Below are positions 48,041 to 57,600 of a DNA stretch of 64,000 nt, piece after piece. Position 1 is the first letter of the stretch; each line of letters starts with the position of its first letter. This DNA comes from a virus (lineage: Duplodnaviria > Heunggongvirae > Uroviricota > Caudoviricetes), in IMG/VR virus record IMGVR_UViG_3300034980_000290; one strand, given 5' to 3'. The notes beneath the pieces were generated by a model. It had not been told where the DNA came from, ran no database searches, and saw only the letters and a list, made by a program, of their open reading frames with translations. A program made the position numbers and the translations under genes.

Positions 48041-49438
48041 ATCTCAGCATTAGAGTCGTATATCTCGGGCATGGCTAACAACGGGAAGAAGACGATTCTG
48101 TTCATGACCGACCTCGCAGATACGGGGTTTGGTCGTGTGGGCCAAGAGATCGTCAAACGCTTTGCCCTCAGCGGCATGTACAACGTCGTCTACCTCGGTT
48201 GGGTGGCCCGCAACCCTGCCGTGGTGGAAAAGTGGAAAGAGCTGGGCGTAGTGGTTCAGATGTGCGACGGCAGCATCGAGGACCAGTTCGCACAGAAGAC
48301 CCTGCCACGGGCTATCGAGCACTACCAGCCCGACCTCATCTGGACACTGGGTGACCCATGGATGGTCGACCACGTCAGCAAGATGCCCGGCTACGGTCAG
48401 GACTGGCGCTGGATCAGCTACGTGCCCATCGATCGTGATGAGCTGAACAAGAGCTGGCTGCCCGCCCTCAAGGCCCCTGATGCCCTGGTGCTGTACAGCC
48501 ACTTCGGAGCAGAGGTGGTCAAGCGCCACCTGCCCCGCGTGCAGACCGAAGTGATCTACCACGGGGTGGATACTGACGTGTTCCGGCCCATGGACAAGGC
48601 GGCGTGCAAGCAGGCCCTCGGCATCGACCCCAGCACGTTCATCTTTGGCTTCGTGGGGCGCAACCAGATCCGCAAGCGCATCCCCAGGTTCATGCGGGCC
48701 TTCCACTTCTGGAACTGCCAGCGGTACCAGGAGAACGCCGAGATCAAGGTGCGCAACGATGGCCATGATGAGCTGTGGAACGCTCGGGACTACGCCCGGC
48801 AGGTCTGCCACATGCGCCCCGAGCACTACATGAGGGGAGGCCACTTCCGCCAGCTCCCTGACCGTGCCAACAGCGCCGTCTACCTCCACACCACGAAGGG
48901 CTACACCGACCAGAACGATGGTCTGTGGGTAGGTTGGAACCTCAATGAGTACAGCACGCGCTTCAACCTGGACGACAACGTGATGGGCAAGCCCAGCCGT
49001 ACCATGTTGCCCAGTGAGAAGTCCATGGCGAACATCGAGCATTACCTGCCCGATGAGCATCTCGCCAAGCTGTACAACATCATCGACGTGCACGTGATGC
49101 CAAGCTGCCGTGAGGGCTTTGGCCTGCCCATTATCGAGGCTGCGTCAAGCGGGCTTCCCAGTATCGTGACGGGGTACAGCAGCATGCCGGAGCTGGTTGC
49201 AGATGGCCGTGGCATGTCAGTACCCCCAAGCGACTTCGACGACGAGCCTTTCTTCGACGCCCCCTCAGCCCTGGTTGACATCGCTGGGCTGGTGGAGGCG
49301 ATGAATCAGGCCGTGGCCGAACACGCATCCGGCGCCTGGGCTGAGCGGCAGAAGACTTGCCGCGCCTGGGCTGTCGAGCACACGTGGGACAAGAAGTTTG
49401 GTGAGTTCCACAAGCTGGTGAAAGAGGTCATGATCTAA
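48038..49438 (+). CDS. GT-B glycosyltransferase (group 1 / GT4-like)
   Basis: C-terminal EGFGLPIIEAASSGLPSIVTGYSSMPELV (E-x7-E region of GT4 family). Confidence 0.7.
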   Translation: MISALESYISGMANNGKKTILFMTDLADTGFGRVGQEIVKRFALSGMYNVVYLGWVARNPAVVEKWKELGVVVQMCDGSIEDQFAQKTLPRAIEHYQPDLIWTLGDPWMVDHVSKMPGYGQDWRWISYVPIDRDELNKSWLPALKAPDALVLYSHFGAEVVKRHLPRVQTEVIYHGVDTDVFRPMDKAACKQALGIDPSTFIFGFVGRNQIRKRIPRFMRAFHFWNCQRYQENAEIKVRNDGHDELWNARDYARQVCHMRPEHYMRGGHFRQLPDRANSAVYLHTTKGYTDQNDGLWVGWNLNEYSTRFNLDDNVMGKPSRTMLPSEKSMANIEHYLPDEHLAKLYNIIDVHVMPSCREGFGLPIIEAASSGLPSIVTGYSSMPELVADGRGMSVPPSDFDDEPFFDAPSALVDIAGLVEAMNQAVAEHASGAWAERQKTCRAWAVEHTWDKKFGEFHKLVKEVMI

Positions 49439-49821
49439 TGCCAACACGCGGATTCGTTCTTTCGTGCACCCACCCGAGTACCGGGGTAGTTCAAGAGAGC
49501 GCATTCCACACGATGCGCACCATCTTCATCGACCTGAAGAAATTGCGTGCGTTCATCTGGGTCGACATCTACGCCAGTGAAGCTGACCACGACAACGGCA
49601 AGACGCCGTTCCATTCATTCCCCATCGCATTCACCCAGCACGGAAATCAACTGGTCGGCGAGCTGGGAGGAATCATGAGTGAAAGCCTCAGCTTTGGCGG
49701 TGCTTTCACCAATCTGGCTGGTTCCGGGCAGACCCCAATGGACAGTTTGCTTGACAAGCTGTTTACGTATCTGGGGAACAACCAGTACGCAGGCGTTGCC
49801 CAGGTTAATCCCAACGAGTAG
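49438..49821 (+). CDS. hypothetical structural-module protein
   Basis: 127 aa, ATGA-coupled to glycosyltransferase gene. Confidence 0.45.
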   Translation: MPTRGFVLSCTHPSTGVVQESAFHTMRTIFIDLKKLRAFIWVDIYASEADHDNGKTPFHSFPIAFTQHGNQLVGELGGIMSESLSFGGAFTNLAGSGQTPMDSLLDKLFTYLGNNQYAGVAQVNPNE

Positions 49822-49891
49822 AGCTGTTGCTCGAGTGACCCTGCTCGAATAGCCCTTGGGCGTTTCGATAGGTACACACCAAGGGGGTCTA

Positions 49892-50260
49892 ATGGCAACC
49901 AGTTTTCTCAGGATCGCGCACGGCGTCAGGGAGATGAGTCCTGGGGCCGTTGTGCCGCTACAGCTTGTGATGAGGGATACAAGCGGTCTCCTGGTAGCCA
50001 GCGGCCTCCTGACCAGTCAGGATACCGCTTCCGCAGTGACAGCGCACGTCTACGCCCCGAACGGAGTCATTGTGGGCTCTGGTATTGCCCTTGTCGACAT
50101 GGGAGAGAACGGCGTACACGCAGAGAACTGGGATAGCCCCCTGGATGCGCTTGAGGGCTGGTATACCGTGCATGCCTTCTGGGACGAAGACCCCACAGCG
50201 GTCGCCCTGAAGCACCAAGTGGTGACGCAACTTTTCTACTTCCAGGGTGCATTGACATGA
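49892..50260 (+). CDS. hypothetical structural protein
   Basis: aaggggg RBS; 122 aa. Confidence 0.45.
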   Translation: MATSFLRIAHGVREMSPGAVVPLQLVMRDTSGLLVASGLLTSQDTASAVTAHVYAPNGVIVGSGIALVDMGENGVHAENWDSPLDALEGWYTVHAFWDEDPTAVALKHQVVTQLFYFQGALT

Positions 50261-50751
50261 GCACGAGTAGCACAGCCCTCATTCAGCAAGTACGTCAGCT
50301 CATCAATGACACTGCGGCTGACCCTGCAAACCAGAATTGGGAAGACAGCGAGATTGACGCTGCCCTGGTTGATGGCTATGGCTTTGTCACGTACGGAGAG
50401 CGCACCGAGACGACTGCCAACGGGCAGGACACCGCACTGGCCAAGCTATGGGCCGGGGCCACTCTCTGCGCGACTATGGCCCGCTCCGATGCCCGTCTCT
50501 CCGATTGGAAGGCAGCCAGCGGTGAGGAGTACAAATCGGGTCAGATCGCTGCCAACCTCAACAAGCTCTCGGCTCTGTGGTACAAGCAGGTCGAAGATGC
50601 CATGAAGAGAGACATCCTTCGGAACGCTGAAGGGCAAAGTAAATCCGCCCAAGCCGAAGGTGCACAGATGGACTGGAACGCCCAGCACGGCGCCCACGCT
50701 GCTCGTAAGCAGCCCCGGCTCGCCAAGCACAACAACCCGTCTGACCGATGA
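50257..50751 (+). CDS. head-tail connector/adaptor protein, putative
   Basis: 164 aa, position and N-terminal pattern of gp6-like adaptors. Confidence 0.35.
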   Translation: MSTSSTALIQQVRQLINDTAADPANQNWEDSEIDAALVDGYGFVTYGERTETTANGQDTALAKLWAGATLCATMARSDARLSDWKAASGEEYKSGQIAANLNKLSALWYKQVEDAMKRDILRNAEGQSKSAQAEGAQMDWNAQHGAHAARKQPRLAKHNNPSDR

Positions 50752-51137
50752 CATTCAACGATGAGATCCTGCAACAGATCCGCGCCCAGTCAAAAGAGAT
50801 CAGGGCTGGGCGGAAGGTGCCGATCCTCGTTCTCAGTGGTGTCACAGGAGGCACCGCCCACTCACTGACGGAAGAGGTAACCGGAGGCACCTCTGTATGG
50901 ATCACGGCAAGCGGCACAGTGTCACTTATGAAGCAGCCGCACGAGTTCCAGATAGTTGGAGGGAGAAGCATGCCCTCCAACTGGTACATCTCATTCGACG
51001 CCGAAGAGATTCGCGGGTACGAACATGCCATGAAGTTCCAGTACGGGGGCAGGGACTTCAATCTTGTCGAAAGACGTGACGACCAGTGGGGGCCGCACAT
51101 CACCCATGTTGACTTCATTGTCATGGAGGGTGACTGA
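50748..51137 (+). CDS. head closure/head-tail joining protein, putative
   Basis: 129 aa coupled. Confidence 0.35.
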   Translation: MTFNDEILQQIRAQSKEIRAGRKVPILVLSGVTGGTAHSLTEEVTGGTSVWITASGTVSLMKQPHEFQIVGGRSMPSNWYISFDAEEIRGYEHAMKFQYGGRDFNLVERRDDQWGPHITHVDFIVMEGD

Positions 51138-51517
51138 TGGCGGACTTTATTTTCAAAGGCGTGAATGAGATCCGCAACGTCTTTGGGCGCATGGCTTTGA
51201 AGAATCGCCGTAAGAAGACCATGCGCGATGTGATGATTCATTCAGTACAGGTTGGGTTGCGCGCAGCCAAAGCCGCAGCCCCAGTCCTGACCGGCCACCT
51301 GAGATCAAACATCCAAGGCAAAGTTGAAGGACATGATGAAGAAGTCAGAGGTTGGCTCGAGGTTGATCTTTCAGTAGTGCCGTATGCACGTCGACAGAAC
51401 TTTGAACACGGGGCGCACGCTCGGTTCATGGAGATTGGTTCACTCGCTATCCAGCGTGAAGCTATCAAGTTCTGGGAAGATAGCAACAACGTCGAAGATT
51501 TTGTGTTCAACGAATAG
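51137..51517 (+). CDS. tail completion/neck protein, putative
   Basis: 126 aa coupled. Confidence 0.35.
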   Translation: MADFIFKGVNEIRNVFGRMALKNRRKKTMRDVMIHSVQVGLRAAKAAAPVLTGHLRSNIQGKVEGHDEEVRGWLEVDLSVVPYARRQNFEHGAHARFMEIGSLAIQREAIKFWEDSNNVEDFVFNE

Positions 51518-51519
51518 CC

Positions 51520-51699
51520 ATGGCTGAACGAAAGCAATTAACTGGGTACCCCGGGTATACCGTTGATGACGAAGGCGTCGTCTATGGGCAATCAGGGAAG
51601 CCTGGCGGTGTAACGCAACGTCATCTTGGTGATAGGTATGGTGTAGGGCAGAGTGTGATTTCACGTATTGTCAATGGCAGGAGTTGGTTGAGTGGCTGA
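51520..51699 (+). CDS. small NUMOD4-like/HTH protein (59 aa, below ORF-track cutoff)
   Basis: GYPGYTVDDEGVVYG resembles NUMOD4 motif of HNH homing endonucleases; ...GVGQSVISRIVNGRSW HTH-like; no nuclease domain. Confidence 0.3.
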   Translation: MAERKQLTGYPGYTVDDEGVVYGQSGKPGGVTQRHLGDRYGVGQSVISRIVNGRSWLSG

Positions 51700-52216
51700 G
51701 CGCCTCCTCAAAGCATCAGAGTACAGCCTCGCTACGCGGGTGGGCACAGTCCTTACCTCGTACATCTCCCACCCAGACTTCGACTGGGATAAGAACCCCA
51801 ACGGGGCCGAGCGCACGCTGCCATTTGCAGCCGTTTCGTTCGTACAGGACCAGACCAACCCTGCTTTCATGGATGAGCAGGAAACAACCAATCCCGAGAT
51901 GCTCTTTGCTGTTGTTATTTGTGGCTCAAGCCATGACAACCTGATGGACCAGATTGGTACCGTGCAGGGAAATCTCAGGGCATCTACGGCTACGGCCAGC
52001 GGGATCAACTTCCATGTAGAAGGGTACCCCGGCCTGCCATTGCTGGATCAAGAAGATAGCGACCGCGAGGTCGGTGTTCTGGAGATGGATTTCGGTGCCG
52101 GGATGACACCGAACATTCCCGCCGACGAAACCCAGTGGAACAACCTGAAGCACTCTGTGACAATGCTGATATCCCTCATTCCGATCTACAAGCAAGTGTC
52201 GAAGGACCTTTTGTAG
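51692..52216 (+). CDS. tail component, putative
   Basis: GTG start after aggag; 174 aa. Confidence 0.4.
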   Translation: MAERLLKASEYSLATRVGTVLTSYISHPDFDWDKNPNGAERTLPFAAVSFVQDQTNPAFMDEQETTNPEMLFAVVICGSSHDNLMDQIGTVQGNLRASTATASGINFHVEGYPGLPLLDQEDSDREVGVLEMDFGAGMTPNIPADETQWNNLKHSVTMLISLIPIYKQVSKDLL

Positions 52217-52272
52217 CCGGACTGGCAGTCTTGTCGCTTTGGGTGTTTAGAAACGAGTAGGGCAACAAGAAC

Positions 52273-52818
52273 ATGGCACTTACCTCACTATCTGACAACG
52301 CCTGGAAGGCTCTTTTCCAGAACTTTGGCCGCCTCACCATGATGCGCAACATCATTGGTGGGGACCAGCCCACGTTCCAGTCGGGCGTTGTTATCGCCGC
52401 CCAGAAGCTGGCAGAGGAAGACTTCATCCTCACGAGCGGGATGCTGCCGACCTTCCTCAACAACATGTCAACGCTGAGTGCCAACCTCACCAGCGGGCAG
52501 ACCAACATCACTACGGCGATGACTTCCCTCATCACCGGGCAGATCAAGCCAGACATCAACTCCGACGCCACAACCGCATCAGGCATTCTGAACGACATGT
52601 TCAGCCTCATGCGTACGGACAGCATCGCGATCAGCGGAGTGACGGGGCTGTTCAACACGATGTTCCAGGAGGTGTTCGGCTTCCTGCCGCACTTCTACCC
52701 CAAGTTCAGCGGCGCACAGGCCAGCGCAGGCCACGTACTCCCCGACACCGGCACCCCTGACATTCCCATTTTCGAGGGCTACGCCGTCTTCGACTGGAAC
52801 GACTGGGACACCCCGTAG
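52273..52818 (+). CDS. hypothetical structural protein
   Basis: 181 aa. Confidence 0.4.
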   Translation: MALTSLSDNAWKALFQNFGRLTMMRNIIGGDQPTFQSGVVIAAQKLAEEDFILTSGMLPTFLNNMSTLSANLTSGQTNITTAMTSLITGQIKPDINSDATTASGILNDMFSLMRTDSIAISGVTGLFNTMFQEVFGFLPHFYPKFSGAQASAGHVLPDTGTPDIPIFEGYAVFDWNDWDTP

Positions 52819-52892
52819 AGAACGAACCGCCTCACGTGCCTGCGGGTATATGAGGTTGACAAGCGAAACAAACCTCCACCTGGAAGAAACAC

Positions 52893-53582
52893 ATGGCAGG
52901 CTTTCACGGAAAAAACGCAACTTTGCTCCTCGCCAACAGCCTTTCGGTTGTGGCGTCGGGCATCATGACGAACCTGTCTGGTGATATCTATCAGGCGGGT
53001 AGTACAGAGCGCGACTGGCTCTTCGATGCTGACAACGATGCCTTCGAGATCGTCTACAAGAAGGCCGACCAGAGCTGGCACAAGATCGACAAGAACTCGG
53101 CTGGTATCAACTACGCTGGTGGTGCCGTCCAAATCGTCGGCGTCGAAGATATCGAGATGGGACCGGACTTCAAGAACGTGCTGCGTTCCGACTTGGTCGA
53201 AGTTACCCACAAGATAAACCAGAACCGGAGCTGGGAAGTCAGCTTCGAGCAGGACACCATCGACGCCTCGGTCATGGGTGAGTTCTGGGGCACCAGCCTT
53301 CCGGGCATTCCGCGGTTCACAGGCACCGTTGACGGCCTCTGGTTGGACAGCGACAAGTACGAGAAGGCTGTCGTCAACGCTTCCGGCATCCAGATTCGCC
53401 GCATCCTGCGGTTCCGTCCCACGGCGGAAAAGAACACGTACTACCAGGGGGCGGTGCGGTTCTCGAACTGGAGCTTGAACGCGAGCTTCGACGGACCCAT
53501 CGAGGAGAGCCTGGACTTCCAGGGTGAAGGCCCCTTGGACCTCATCAAGGCGGGCGTGCCGTTCTTCGGCCCCCTGTTCTAA
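52893..53582 (+). CDS. major tail protein, putative
   Basis: 229 aa just upstream of chaperone/TMP genes. Confidence 0.45.
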   Translation: MAGFHGKNATLLLANSLSVVASGIMTNLSGDIYQAGSTERDWLFDADNDAFEIVYKKADQSWHKIDKNSAGINYAGGAVQIVGVEDIEMGPDFKNVLRSDLVEVTHKINQNRSWEVSFEQDTIDASVMGEFWGTSLPGIPRFTGTVDGLWLDSDKYEKAVVNASGIQIRRILRFRPTAEKNTYYQGAVRFSNWSLNASFDGPIEESLDFQGEGPLDLIKAGVPFFGPLF

Positions 53583-53689
53583 GCCGCTCAACTCCTTGCG
53601 CTTGCTTACCAGCCTCCAGTCGAAATCCATAATCGACTGGGGGCTGGTCCCTTATCGGCGTATGGTGGTGTACAGGAGTGCCATCAACC

Positions 53690-53869
53690 ATGACCGACAA
53701 GATGTTCAGCAAGAGTGACGTTGAGCAGATCGCCAAGCAGGCGGCTCAGCAGGCGACTGCCGACGTCAACATCAGCAACGCGCAGGTCGTGGCCCTCAAG
53801 GTGGCCGAGTCTATCGCGCCCATCTTCGCCCGTGCCGTCGTCGACGCCATGGCTGAGACCGCCGAGTAG
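53690..53869 (+). CDS. small hypothetical protein
   Basis: 59 aa; caggag RBS. Confidence 0.3.
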   Translation: MTDKMFSKSDVEQIAKQAAQQATADVNISNAQVVALKVAESIAPIFARAVVDAMAETAE

Positions 53870-53946
53870 GTTCCCTTGGGAACCTCGACGAATCTGTCGT
53901 ATAACCCCGGGCCAGCATAACCACTGACCCGGGGTTACTACAAATC

Positions 53947-54390
53947 ATGAGCGAAGCAACGAAAACACCAGCACCAACGACGCCTGCGGTTGAGCCGCAC
54001 GCCAAGAAGGTGCCACCCCAGTTCCTGACCAAGGATGCGTTTCGAAAGCGTTACGCACTCCGGCAACGAATCATCACTACGAAGGACGGTTCGAACTTCC
54101 GCATCACGCAGATCCCGTTGTCCAACAAGCGGACCATTCGGGAGAACAACATGACGCTGACGTTCGGGGCCGGACGAGGTGAGGACCGAGAAAGCTCGGC
54201 AGCACTTGACGTCGAAGGGATGATGCTCGACACGATCATCGCGTGCACACTGGAGCCCAACTTCTCCGAAGACGACAAGGTTTGGATGGAAGAGCAGACC
54301 GATGCCGCCATCTGGCAAGATCTGTACGAGCAGATCGAAACCCCCGCGAAGCTGGTCGACACTGACGACCCGACCGTCGCGGGAAACTGA
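53947..54390 (+). CDS. tail assembly chaperone (G-like)
   Basis: 147 aa immediately upstream of TMP; ends with slippery heptamer GGGAAAC. Confidence 0.6.
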   Translation: MSEATKTPAPTTPAVEPHAKKVPPQFLTKDAFRKRYALRQRIITTKDGSNFRITQIPLSNKRTIRENNMTLTFGAGRGEDRESSAALDVEGMMLDTIIACTLEPNFSEDDKVWMEEQTDAAIWQDLYEQIETPAKLVDTDDPTVAGN

Positions 54391-54575
54391 AGAAGCGTCT
54401 GAGGGAAGATGGGGAGCTACTGCTCCTCATGCGGGTGTGCGAGGCTCGCAACTGGAGTCTCGAACAGGCGCAGGCGCTGAGCGAGGAAGAGCTGGTCTTG
54501 ATCGTGATTCATTCACAGGTCGAGGCGGACATCCGCAAAGAGACGGAAAGAAAGAACAAGCGGCGGAACAAATAG
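53947..54575 (+). CDS. tail assembly chaperone -1 frameshift product (GT-like)
   Basis: G GGA AAC at 54382-54388 (canonical XXXYYYZ) then -1 frame stays open 62 codons (KLKKRLREDGELLLLMRVCEARNWSLEQAQALSEE...) to TAG 54573-54575. Confidence 0.6.
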
Positions 54576-54634
54576 CACCGCCCCGCTTGGACTGCTGACC
54601 CGGGCATCCCAAGGTGTCCGGGTTTTGTAGTATA

Positions 54635-57600
54635 ATGGCCAAGCTGATCGATATCGTGCTTCGGATGGTAGACCGGGTAAGCCCGTCTACTAATCAGATC
54701 GCACGTAACGCCAGCAAGGCCGGTAAAGAGCTGGAAACCTTCGCGGCGGCAGGCAAGATTGCCGCCTCCGCCATGGGTGCCCTGGCTGCCACCAAGGCCC
54801 TGGACTTCGCCACCGACTCGGTGCGCGAGTTCGCCGCCGCAGAAGACTCCCTGCGCCGCCTGGAAACCGTTGCCAAGAGCGCCAGTGGTGTGCTCGGCGG
54901 TGAGCTGACCAACGCCTTCCGCAGCGCCCAGAAGTTCGCGCTCCAGCACCGCCAGTCAGTACAGGAAGTAATTGACACCTACTTCCAGTTCGGCACGGCG
55001 GGCTTCAATCTTGCCCAATCGATCGAGTTGGGCAAGCAAGCTCTGTTTCTGGCCAACGCGGTCATGCTGGACACTACCACTTCTGCCCAGCTTCTCGCGA
55101 CCGTTATGAACTCTCTGGGTCAGACCACATCTCTGGCCTTCGACACTGTCCAGAAATCTGGAGAGAGAGCCGCATCGGCCCTTGCCACCAGTATTCAGCT
55201 GTTTGCTGTCACTGGTCCACAGTTGGCAGCGGGCCTCAAGTTCGCCATCGGTAGTGCATCTCTGCTCGGAGTGGAAATCGAGGATCTCGTTACCACCCTG
55301 GGTACTTTGAACACCGCAGGTCTGAAGGGATCTGTTGCAGGTACCGCCCTCAACCAAGCCTTCATTCAGATGGACAAGGCCGTGGTCAAGCTGGGTCTTG
55401 ACATGACCAAGTTTGTCAATGAGGCTGGTGAGTTCAGCAACGTGGCTGACCTGCTGGCCGAGGTCCAGCGCACGGTAGGCAAGACAGGACCCTTTGAGCG
55501 GTTCAACAAGATCATCAAGGGCTTCGGCATTCGTGGTGCGCGAGCTATCTCAGCTTTGCTGCCCTTCGCCCCACTCCTGAAGGCCACCCAGCAGCGCATG
55601 AAGGAGAATGGAGGTCAGGCAGAGCGCCTGTCCAACATCTACGAGAATAGCCTCGGCACGGCGTTCAAGCGAACAGAGAATGCCGTCAAGGTCGCGCAGC
55701 AAGCCCTCGGAAAGAACCTTGCCGGAGCCGCCAAGGGTCTTCTTGTAGTCGTCAACCGTCTGGCCAAGGGCCTCAGCGTCTTGGTTGGGGGTCTGGGTAG
55801 CTGGGGCACCGTAGCCCTGTTGACTGTCGTGGGCCTGGTGGGGCTGACGGCTGCCTTCTATGCGCTGGTCCAGGCCATCTTGGTGGCCACCGGGGCCACC
55901 GTCGCATTCGGTACCGTGTTGGCTGCCGTAGCGTGGCCGCTGGCCATACTCTTCGGTCTTATCGCGGGCTTCGTTATCCTTATTAGTGTCCTGGGCGGAG
56001 TGGAGAACCAAGCCGAGGCGGCCCGCGACAAGCTGGCTGACATGGACAAGGTCCAGTTCAAGGGAATCAGCGACCAGATCAAGGTTGCCACCAACGCCCT
56101 GAAGACACTTGAGAAGAGTGCTGACGACCTCGAGCGCAAGGCAGCCAAGGGCCAACTGGGTGATCTATCTTCCACTGCTTTCGGTGGTTCAGTCAAGGCT
56201 GCTGCTGAGGCAGGCCGACGCCTGGGCGTAGATGCCAAGAAGGTTCAGGACAGCTTCAATCGCGCCCTGGACACCACCCTTCAAGCGGATATCTTGAAGG
56301 GCTTTGGCCTTGACAACATTGACACTGCCGGTCTTGACCAAGTCCTAAACTTCATCGCCACCACCAAGGCGGCTGGTGAACTTGAGGCCAAGGTTGTCGC
56401 TATCGCCGATGGCTTCTTGGGTATAGGCGGCAATGTTTCCGTGGTGGTTGGCGATGTTGAAGAGTTCCGTGCCGTCATCACCAAGCTCAACGATGAGTTT
56501 GGCGAGGGCATCCTTGACAACAACAAGGCCATCGTTGACTTCGCCAAGCTGTTGGGTGTGAGTGGTGAAGAGGCCCGCAAGGTGGCTGAGTCCATCGACA
56601 AACTGGCCGACTTCTCTATCGATGATGATTTCCTTGACTTTGAGTCCACAAGTTTCATTGAAACCGTTGAGGCGTTCAAGAAGCTGCCGCTGCTGGCTCG
56701 CGCGCTGGACCTGGAAAGGGCACTTGGGCCTGCTGATCGGTTCCAGGCCGCTTTGGGTACTGCACTCGTTGAGTTGACAGCTATCGCTGGCCTTGATCAA
56801 AGGCTCAGCACGCTGGGCGGCCACCTTGAGACCATTCAGAAGGCTGGTCTTGAAGGCGAAGACGTCAACATCGGCGAGAACATGGCCCAGCAGATCGAAA
56901 TCCTGGGCAACTCAGTCAAGCTGCTTGACACCCAGAAGGAGATCATCGAGCAGAGCATCAAGGACCTTGCTGCTGTCCAGGTTGATGAGCTGTTCGAGAA
57001 GCTGCCCAAGGCGGCGCAAGAAGGCATCCGGACACTGTTGGCCAACGCCAAAGATGCCCTCCAAACGAACATCCTGGGTGCCCAGGAGCTTAGGAAGACG
57101 GAAGAGTCTCTGGCGAGTGCACTCAAGAAGGGGCTTGCCCCGATCGGTGGTACCTTCCTCAAGGATATCGTAGCCAACGGCATGGCAGCAGGGCTGGTAG
57201 ATGGTACCAACGCCGGGCTCCAGGCTACCGCTGAAGCTCTGCGTAGCGAGATCCACGAGGCAATCATCCGCGGTGCCACTTCTGGGTTCACCACTATCGG
57301 ATCGGCACAACTCCAGCCCTTTCTGAATCAGGTGCAGAAGGCCAGCGGCGAGTTCTTCCAGGCCATTCAGTCAGGCGACCCGCTCCAGGGTGCCGCAGCC
57401 CAGTTCCGTGAGGCTATCGGCCAAGGCCCCAACCTGGGCAACTTGACCAAGCTGATCGAGGGCAGCCAAGTCCTGGAAGGCATCGTCAACCAGTCGCTTC
57501 AGCTTGGCCCGGCACTCAGTGGTGCCTTCCAGGAGATGCTCAACCCCATCAATGAAGCCGCCGAGAAGGTGGCAGGGTTGCGGGCATCCCTCCTGGGCGT

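Noticed and set aside
54302-54598. 98-aa + strand ORF overlapping chaperone end
   Set aside because: Wrong (+1) frame with Arg/Gly-rich composition. The -1 frame after GGGAAAC gives a protein-like extension instead.
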